A stretch of 64,000 bases of DNA. It comes from Raillietiella orientalis. Its lineage: Eukaryota. The DNA lies in NCBI GenBank assembly GCA_036172245.1, contig JAYWIR010000025.1, positions 62,001 to 126,000 of the forward strand, written 5' to 3'. Below, piece by piece: positions 63,250 through 64,000 of the stretch. The stretch's first letter is position 1. Each line of letters starts with the position of its first letter. Made by a program: the position numbers and the translations under genes. Under the pieces are notes generated by a model that saw only the letters and a list, made by a program, of their open reading frames with translations, was not told the DNA's origin and did no database searches.

Positions 63250-64000
63250 TTGAAGTTGGAGCTTCTAGGTTTCATGCCGAGGGATGGCTGGACACTCCCC
63301 ACTATGGACTTCATTGGTTCTGAGTAAGCGGCCGGACACATCCAAGTTGATCTTTCCAGAACTTTGCTGGCCGCGAATGCCGGAAACACACAAGTCGGTT
63401 ACGAACGCAGATGGTGATGAGCACGGACAGCTAAGATACCGACGTCTCCAAGTGGCCATGCTTGAAATTCATTTGTGGAATCACGAGGTCTCGTTTCAAA
63501 GGAAGTGTCGATGGCAACGTGAGCCTCACTATGGCTCCAGACAAAGGGTCATTCGGAGACCTTCCTGCACTCAGGGATCGCACTGCCCAACGTGTTTCTC
63601 CAGAGTGCATTTTTGTTTGGTTCCCGAAGACCAGACCGTGTTCACAGGGGAAGTTTCTGCAGCCGAGCCTTCACACCATTACCCGAAAACCACCACTTCG
63701 TTCTTCGAGCGCTTCAACTAACCTGAGAGCAAAAGGCAGCCTCCTTTCCCCAGGAAGCTTTGCCCATACAAGTTCGCATGTTCGGCGCCCTTCGTGCGCC
63801 GTGTGGAGAGAAATGCAGCGGTTCCGGATCGAAAAACCGGAAAGGCGATTTCTTTGGTCATCTGACCCATCTTCCAAGAACCCCCCTGCATCTTCGAGGC
63901 TGTCTTCGGTCTCAAAGAGGACATGCTTTCTTGAAAGTCTCAGGAGGAAGTATCGAAGAAACGGCTTTTCCAAACTTCCCGCTGGAAACCCTCCTGCATG
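63250..64000 (-). mobile_element. LINE ORF2 linker/RT-start relic, runs off the window edge
   Basis: SLHTAHEGRRTCELVW (like r....geK.T.ff) and SLSAGRSPND (like sl..gKsPG.DG). Confidence 0.35.

Overview
Eukaryote-style DNA (most likely invertebrate animal; roughly 50% GC, poly-T/A tracts, GT-AG-like boundaries) with no intact protein-coding gene that I can identify. None of the listed ORFs is a credible full-length protein, but translated relics can be read across frameshifts and stops. The window is a mosaic of: (1) many decayed L1/Tx1-clade LINE pieces (ORF1-like, APE endonuclease, RT, C-terminal CCHC knuckle, and a shared 3' end motif); (2) about ten copies or fragments of a long tRNA-headed, SINE-like repeat with internal palindromic subunits; (3) three PIF/Harbinger transposase relics, two with a convergent Myb/SANT partner relic; (4) three copies of a TA/CAG-ended MITE; (5) a BEL/Pao C-terminal relic; and (6) in the AT-richer spacers, repeated decayed fragments resembling class B1 (calcitonin/DH31-receptor-like) GPCR genes on both strands. 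All calls rest on motif recognition by eye, and boundaries are approximate (tens to a few hundred bp). Decay looks uniformly deep, so the sequence provenance should also be checked.
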